64,000 bases of DNA from an uncultured bacterium. GTDB lineage: Bacteria; Actinomycetota; Acidimicrobiia; Spongiisociales; UBA5794. The notes under the pieces were generated by a model. It had not been told where the DNA came from. It saw only the letters and a list, made by a program, of their open reading frames with translations, and ran no database searches. Positions within the stretch are counted from its first letter, which is position 1, and each line of letters starts with the position of its first letter. This document shows, piece after piece, positions 58,418-64,000 of the stretch. The stretch spans positions 32,001 to 96,000 of the forward strand of contig CAWDDT010000003.1 of assembly GCA_963801165.1 (NCBI GenBank), in the 5' to 3' direction. Position numbers and translations under genes: made by a program.

Positions 58418-60967
58418 GTGACTAACTTGGTGAGCCGGGGCAAGCTGAAGGTGTTTCTGGGTGCCGCCCCCGGCGTCGGCAAGACCTTTGCCATGCTCGA
58501 GGAGGGGCATCGTCTGCGTGACGAGGGCCGCGACGTCGCAGTCGGGTACGTCGAACCGCATGGCCGCATCGAGACGGCGGCCGTGATCCGCGACCTCGAG
58601 GTGGTCCCCAGGCGGTCGATCTCATATCAGGGCGCGTTGTTCGAGGAGATGGATCTCGACGCCGTGCTCGCCCGCAAGCCGGGGGTGGCCATTGTCGACG
58701 AGCTTGCCCACGGCAATGCTCCCGGCTCCCGGAACGAGAAGCGATGGCAGGACGTGGACGAGCTCCTGGATGCCGGCATCGACGTGCTGTCGACCCTCAA
58801 CATCCAGAACCTCGAGTCTCTCAACGACGTCGTTCGGGAGATCACCAATGTCGCGCAAGGGGATACGATGCCTGATGAGGTGGTGCGCCGGGCGGCGGAG
58901 ATCGAACTGGTCGACCTCACCCAGGAGGGAGTTCGGGAGCGTCTGGCGGCAGGCAAGATATATCCCGCGGAGCGAATCGACGCCGCCATGGCCGACTACT
59001 TCCGGCCGGGAAACCTCGGTGCGCTCAGAGAGCTCGCCCTCTCGTGGACCGCCGATCGTGTCGACGAGGCAGTGGCTGAGTATCGCAGCCGGCACGGCAT
59101 CGACCAGCCGTGGGAGACCAAGGAACGCGTGGTGGTCGCCATAACCGGAGCCCAGGGCAGCGAGGCAGTCGTACGCCGGGCAGCCCGGCTGGCGATGCGG
59201 TCACGGGCCGATCTGGTCGGAGTGCACGTACGTCCCACCGCCGGGCTCACCGACGAAACGAGCAGCGCTCTATCTGCGCTCGTCGAGCTCGTCCAGCAGC
59301 TCGGCGGCCGGTACCACGAGCTCGTCGGCGACGACGTGGGAACTACGCTCGTGGCGTTTGCCCGTGACGAGAATGCCACCCAGATCGTTCTCGGCGCCTC
59401 TCGCCGGTCCAGGTTCGATGAGCTGTTTCGCGGATCTCCGATCGCAAAGGTCATCCGCAATGCCGGCGACATCGACGTGCACGTCATCTCATACCAGGGA
59501 GCGAGTGAGCCGGGTTCCCCGCGCCGGCGGCGCACCGAGCCGATCAGTGGTCGGCGCCGGGTTGTTTCGTGGGTCCTCGTGCTGGCAGGTCTGCCGGTGC
59601 TCACCACACTCCTTACCCCGCTGCGCGACAACCTTGCCTTCCGTGACATCCTTCTCATCTATCTGCTGGCGGCCGTCGCCATCGCGGTTGTCGGGGGCGT
59701 GTTTCCGGCCGGAGCGGCCGCGATCGTCGGGCCGCTGCTCGCCAACTGGTTCTTCGCCCCACCCGTCAACACCTGGACAATCGGTAATCCGGACGACCTG
59801 TTCGCCCTGGTTGTGTTCCTCCTCATCTCGCTTGCCGTCGGTTTGCTCGTCGGTTACAGCAGCAGGAGCAGCGTCGAGGCGAGGAGGGCTCGAGCTCACG
59901 CCGAGGCGCTGGCCGCCACCACCACGAGGGGCCACGCCGTCTCCACTTCAGACCAACACGCGCTTCTCCACCGGGTGACGGAGATCCTCGATCTCGATGC
60001 GGTGAGCGTGATCCGGCGGTCCGGTGGCGAGTGGGAGACGCTCCTCTGGGAGGGATCGAGCGAGCTACGGGCACCGGGCGAGGGTACCGAGAACGTCAAC
60101 GTCACCTCGGACATCATGCTCGTGACGCTTGGGGGCCAGCTGACGACCGACGACCGTACGGTGTTGCGCGCATTCGCCGCTCAGATCGTCCAGGTGATCG
60201 AGCGCGCCGATCTGGAGCGGGAAGCTAAGTCCGCCGAGGCGATGGCCGAGACCGACCGGCTTCGTACGGCCCTCCTCAGCGCGGTGTCGCACGATCTACG
60301 AACCCCGCTGGCGACCATCAAGGCATCGCTCACCAGCCTGGTCGAGACCGGTGTTGCGTGGAGCCCCGAGCAGACCGAAGCGTTCCTGCGCACAGCTCTG
60401 GAGGAGACGGAGCGGCTCAACAGGCTCGTCGGCCACCTGCTCGACGCCAGCCGCGTCCAGGTGGGGGCGGTTCATGTCTTCTACCAGAACGTCGGCCTCG
60501 ACGAGGTGGTGGCGGCCGCGCTGTCCGGGCTGCGTGTCGGCGGGGAGCGCATCATCGTTGACATCTCCGAGACGCTGCCCGAGGTCACCACCGATTCAGA
60601 TTTACTGGAGCGTGCGGTCGCCAACCTCATCGACAACGCCCTGTCCTGGTCGCCACCCGGCGAGGCGGTGCGGATCAGCGCCGGCGAGGTAGCGGGCCGG
60701 ATCGACCTACGGATCAGCGATCGCGGCCCCGGCATCCCTCACGAGGCCCGCGACTCCGTGTTCCTTCCGTTCCAGAGGCTCGGCGATTCCCCGGAGCGGG
60801 GAGGGGTCGGGCTCGGCCTTGCCGTGGCCAGGGGTCTGCTCGAGGCGATGGGCAACGAGCTGACCATCGAGGACACGCCGGGCGGCGGCACGACCATGGT
60901 TATCGGATTCGGCATCGGCACCGGTACGGCGACCATCCCGGCTTTGGGAACACGCGCCCATGGCTGA
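58418..60967 (+). CDS. kdpD: Osmosensitive K+ sensor histidine kinase
   Basis: GKLKVFLGAAPGVGKT, DELAH, KRWQDV, USP domain, 4 TM, SHDLRTPL, DRGPGI, GLGL. Confidence 0.93.
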   Translation: MTNLVSRGKLKVFLGAAPGVGKTFAMLEEGHRLRDEGRDVAVGYVEPHGRIETAAVIRDLEVVPRRSISYQGALFEEMDLDAVLARKPGVAIVDELAHGNAPGSRNEKRWQDVDELLDAGIDVLSTLNIQNLESLNDVVREITNVAQGDTMPDEVVRRAAEIELVDLTQEGVRERLAAGKIYPAERIDAAMADYFRPGNLGALRELALSWTADRVDEAVAEYRSRHGIDQPWETKERVVVAITGAQGSEAVVRRAARLAMRSRADLVGVHVRPTAGLTDETSSALSALVELVQQLGGRYHELVGDDVGTTLVAFARDENATQIVLGASRRSRFDELFRGSPIAKVIRNAGDIDVHVISYQGASEPGSPRRRRTEPISGRRRVVSWVLVLAGLPVLTTLLTPLRDNLAFRDILLIYLLAAVAIAVVGGVFPAGAAAIVGPLLANWFFAPPVNTWTIGNPDDLFALVVFLLISLAVGLLVGYSSRSSVEARRARAHAEALAATTTRGHAVSTSDQHALLHRVTEILDLDAVSVIRRSGGEWETLLWEGSSELRAPGEGTENVNVTSDIMLVTLGGQLTTDDRTVLRAFAAQIVQVIERADLEREAKSAEAMAETDRLRTALLSAVSHDLRTPLATIKASLTSLVETGVAWSPEQTEAFLRTALEETERLNRLVGHLLDASRVQVGAVHVFYQNVGLDEVVAAALSGLRVGGERIIVDISETLPEVTTDSDLLERAVANLIDNALSWSPPGEAVRISAGEVAGRIDLRISDRGPGIPHEARDSVFLPFQRLGDSPERGGVGLGLAVARGLLEAMGNELTIEDTPGGGTTMVIGFGIGTGTATIPALGTRAHG

Positions 60968-61661
60968 GGCTTACCGTGTCCTGGTAGTCGACGACGAGCC
61001 GCAGATCGTTCGGGCGCTCGGGATCAACTTGAAAGCACTCGGGTACCGTGTCGACACGGCTGCAACGGGCGAGGACGCCCTACGCATGGCTGCCGACCAT
61101 CGCCCGGACGCGGTGATTCTCGATCTCGGACTCCCCGGCATCGACGGCATCGATGTCATACGCGGACTGCGCGGGTGGACCAACCTCCCCATCATCGTGC
61201 TCTCGGTGCGCGACGCAGAGCGGGAGAAGATCGAGGCGCTCGATGCCGGTGCGGACGATTATGTGACCAAACCGTTCGGGATGGGGGAGTTGCTCGCCCG
61301 GTTGCGTGCGGCTCTGCGCCGCGAGACCGAGGTGGGCGCAGATCAGCCCACCGTCACCACCGATGCCTTCACGATCGACCTGGCGTCAAAACGTGTGCAG
61401 GGGCCAACCGGCGAGGAAATCAGGCTGACCCCAACCGAGTGGGGCATCGTCGAGATGCTGGTGAAGCATCGCGGCAAACTGGTCACCCAGGCTCAGCTCC
61501 TCAAGGAGGTATGGGGGCCGCAGTACGGAGCGGAGACGAACTACCTACGAGTCTTCATGGCGCAGATCCGGCGCAAGCTCGAGCCGCTCCCGAACGCACC
61601 CCGGTACTTCATCACGGAACCGGGGATGGGGTACCGGTTCGAGCTTCCAGCGACGCGCTGA
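60960..61661 (+). CDS. kdpE: Response regulator KdpE
   Basis: VVDDEPQI, LDLGLPG, ADDYVTKPF, LTPTEW, YLRVFMAQIRRKLE, TEPGMGYRF. Confidence 0.93.
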   Translation: MAEAYRVLVVDDEPQIVRALGINLKALGYRVDTAATGEDALRMAADHRPDAVILDLGLPGIDGIDVIRGLRGWTNLPIIVLSVRDAEREKIEALDAGADDYVTKPFGMGELLARLRAALRRETEVGADQPTVTTDAFTIDLASKRVQGPTGEEIRLTPTEWGIVEMLVKHRGKLVTQAQLLKEVWGPQYGAETNYLRVFMAQIRRKLEPLPNAPRYFITEPGMGYRFELPATR

Positions 61662-61672
61662 CAAGCGAACTC

Positions 61673-62152
61673 CTATGCCCCGGCGGCATCGGTTCCGGTC
61701 GGTTTTGCGGTCGTCTTCGCACCGTCCTCGAGAGCCCGTGCGTACTGCATCAGCGTTTGCACCAGGGCCGGGTCGGGTGCGGTGCCGCCCACCAGTCCGT
61801 TCTCGACGCGATCGACAGCAGAGTCGCACTTGTCGAGGACCGTACGGCCAAGCGCGGTGAGACGGGCAGGGTGAATCCTGGCGTGATCGGGTGAGGGAGC
61901 CCGCACCACGAGGCCGCGACTCTCGAGGTAACGAACGATCTCGCTCATGGCCTGCGGGGTCACATATGCCCGCCTTGCCAGCTGGGCGTTGGAGAGTGCA
62001 TCTCTCAACCCGAGCAACGAGAGCACGGTGTAGTGGGCCAGGGTCAGGTCAAACGGGCTGAGTGCCTCCGCCAGGGCCCGGCGCAGGCTTCTTTCCAGGA
62101 AGGCAACGGCATAGCTGAGCCGCGGGAGGTTCTTCGCGTCGGGCGGGCTCAC
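61673..62152 (-). CDS. MarR-family regulator
   Basis: LTLAHYTVL, SNAQLARRAYVTPQAM; GTGA overlap with the CoA ligase. Confidence 0.88.
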   Translation of the reverse strand: MSPPDAKNLPRLSYAVAFLERSLRRALAEALSPFDLTLAHYTVLSLLGLRDALSNAQLARRAYVTPQAMSEIVRYLESRGLVVRAPSPDHARIHPARLTALGRTVLDKCDSAVDRVENGLVGGTAPDPALVQTLMQYARALEDGAKTTAKPTGTDAAGA

Positions 62153-63648
62153 GGATAGCGCTCCCGCAACGAGCGCTTGAGGATCTTGCCTGCCCCGCTC
62201 TTGGGGAGATCGTCGGTGAAAACGATCGACTTGGGGAGTTTGTAGCGGGCCAGTCTCTCCTCGAGAAACGCCATCAACTCCTCCTCGGTCACCTTCTCCC
62301 GGAGCACGACGATGGCACGGCCCACCTCACCCCATTGGTCGTTGGGCACCCCGATGACTGCGGCTTCGGCGACTGCCGGGTGAAATAGCAGCGCATCCTC
62401 GATCTCGGCGGGGTAGATGTTCTCGCCGCCCGAGATGATGATGTCCTTCACCCGATCCACGATCGTGTAATAGCCGTCGTCGTCCCTCGTGGCCACATCT
62501 CCCGTGTGGAACCAGCCGTCGTTGAAAGATCGGCTCGTCTCGCCGGGCCGTTGCCAGTAGCCCTTCATCACATTGGGTCCCGCAGCCAGCACCTCGCCGC
62601 GTTCTCCCGCCGCGACGTCCTGCATGGTGGGGTCGACCAGCCGGACGTCGGTGAAGAAGGACGGAACACCGGCGGAGCCGGCCTTGGTGGTCGAGCTCGG
62701 ACCATCGAGGAAGAGCAGGCCCGGAGCGGTCTCGGTCATGCCGTATCCCTGGAGGAACACGATCCCGCGCTCCAGGTAGGTCTCGATCGTCGCCTTTGGA
62801 ACCGGGGCACCGCCGCACATGACCGCCCGGAGGCTCGAGATGTCGGCGTCGGCCCAGGTTTCGGTCTTTGCCATCAAGTTAAACATGGTGGGGACCCCGA
62901 ACATCTGGGTCACCCCGTAGTTCTCGATCAGCTCCAACGCGGCGGTTGGCTCGAAGCCGGGCTGGAGCAGCAGTGTTCCGCCCTTGACGAGAATCGGGAG
63001 GCTGATCATCGCCAGGGCAGCGATGTGGAAGAGCGGGGCGACGATCAGCGCCAGCTCGTCGTGACGCAGGTCGAGATCGATGAGGACGTTTGCGATGTTC
63101 CAGGTGAGATTGCCGTGGGTGAGCATCGCTCCCTTGGGCCGTCCCGTAGTGCCCGACGTGTACATGATGATGGCCACGTCATCGAGTGCAACCTCGTCGT
63201 CGACCCACGTACGGTGGGCCGACTCGATCATCTCGTCCAGCTCTAACCCGGTGGAGATCACTCTGTGCCCTTCGGAGCCTGCGAGGGCGTTGCCGAGCAC
63301 GCCCTCGTGAGTGGGTGCGGCCACGATGACGTCTGCCCCGGAGTCGGAAAGCACGTAGCGGACCTCAGGTGCCGCCAGACGGGTATTGATCGGGACCATG
63401 ATCGCACCGAGCGCCGTTGCCCCGAAGAGCACGTCGAAGTAGGTGGAGTGGTTGGGCCCGAGGTACGCCACCCGATCTCCGGCCCGTATCCCCAGCCCGC
63501 GGAACGCATTGGCGAGCGCCGCGCTGCGGTCGGCAAGCGTCTGGTATGTGATGGTCTGCTCGCCATCTGTGAGGGCAATCCGGTGCGGTGTCATGCGGGC
63601 GCGACGTTGCGGCCAAGATCCCAGTCCTCGGTTCTTGACGATCGGCAT
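62149..63648 (-). CDS. Acyl-CoA synthetase (long-chain/aryl acid-CoA ligase)
   Basis: YTSGTTGRPKG, QGYGMTE, WFHTGD, SGGENIYPAEIE, GKILK. Confidence 0.92.
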   Translation of the reverse strand: MPIVKNRGLGSWPQRRARMTPHRIALTDGEQTITYQTLADRSAALANAFRGLGIRAGDRVAYLGPNHSTYFDVLFGATALGAIMVPINTRLAAPEVRYVLSDSGADVIVAAPTHEGVLGNALAGSEGHRVISTGLELDEMIESAHRTWVDDEVALDDVAIIMYTSGTTGRPKGAMLTHGNLTWNIANVLIDLDLRHDELALIVAPLFHIAALAMISLPILVKGGTLLLQPGFEPTAALELIENYGVTQMFGVPTMFNLMAKTETWADADISSLRAVMCGGAPVPKATIETYLERGIVFLQGYGMTETAPGLLFLDGPSSTTKAGSAGVPSFFTDVRLVDPTMQDVAAGERGEVLAAGPNVMKGYWQRPGETSRSFNDGWFHTGDVATRDDDGYYTIVDRVKDIIISGGENIYPAEIEDALLFHPAVAEAAVIGVPNDQWGEVGRAIVVLREKVTEEELMAFLEERLARYKLPKSIVFTDDLPKSGAGKILKRSLRERYP

Positions 63649-63720
63649 CGGTCCTCCACTATTCAGGCAATATCATGCTACCTGACATTCCTGTCACCGG
63701 CAATGGACCAGCCGGGCCGG

Positions 63721-64000
63721 TCAGGTGCGGGAATCCTCCCACCAGGCAGCGGTATCGGCAATGGCGTTGAAGGTGAAGACGTGCAGACCGGCGATGCCGA
63801 GCTCCGACACCACCGGGGTGAGGGCGGCGATGAGTTGGTCGGCGGTGGAGGTGCCACCCCGTATGACCTTGGTGAGCGCATTCCGGTTCTTGCGGAGATA
63901 CCGGAGCGATCGCCCGACACCGATCCTGGCCCCGATCGTCAGGAGTTTGACCGTGTCGACGGCTCCGGCAACACCGAGAAACACAGGCAGATCGACGCCC
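63721..64000 (-). CDS. metF: Methylenetetrahydrofolate reductase, C-terminal part (5'-partial)
   Basis: LPVFLGVAG...RIGVGRSLRYL...GIAGLHVFTFN; frame continues beyond the window. Confidence 0.7.
   Translation of the reverse strand, partial: GVDLPVFLGVAGAVDTVKLLTIGARIGVGRSLRYLRKNRNALTKVIRGGTSTADQLIAALTPVVSELGIAGLHVFTFNAIADTAAWWEDSRT

Overview
High-GC Actinomycetota window. The Cys-loop SLH repeats (GCNPPxNDxYCP) and the many leaderless starts suggest class Acidimicrobiia (inference). It holds about 60 CDSs of accessory metabolism and stress response, and I found no rRNA, tRNA, CRISPR array, transposase or integrase. Stress and detox genes include two AraC-VOC pairs, a frameshifted class II UvrA, two AlkZ/YcaQ-family glycosylases, DinB proteins, furA-katG, ArsR/MerR/CDF metal genes and a GT1 glycosyltransferase. 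Sugar-acid catabolism is represented by a UxuB-like dehydrogenase divergent from a gluconokinase-LarA/GntE-like epimerase fusion, a FucD-like dehydratase and an IclR-SDR-FAH set. There is also a PucR-linked class II aldolase-class III aminotransferase fusion, and a KimA-like K+ permease with kdpDE but no kdpFABC. Two paralogous MarR units share an operator motif (secreted hydrolase; metF-CoA ligase). The best leads are the two enzyme fusions, a ~190-nt multi-helix candidate RNA leader before a SnoaL gene, an orphan membrane-anchored phage/eCIS-tail-like protein, the KimA-KdpDE unit and a 4x15-bp tandem amplification of a ribosome-binding site. All calls come from motif recognition by eye; no searches were run.
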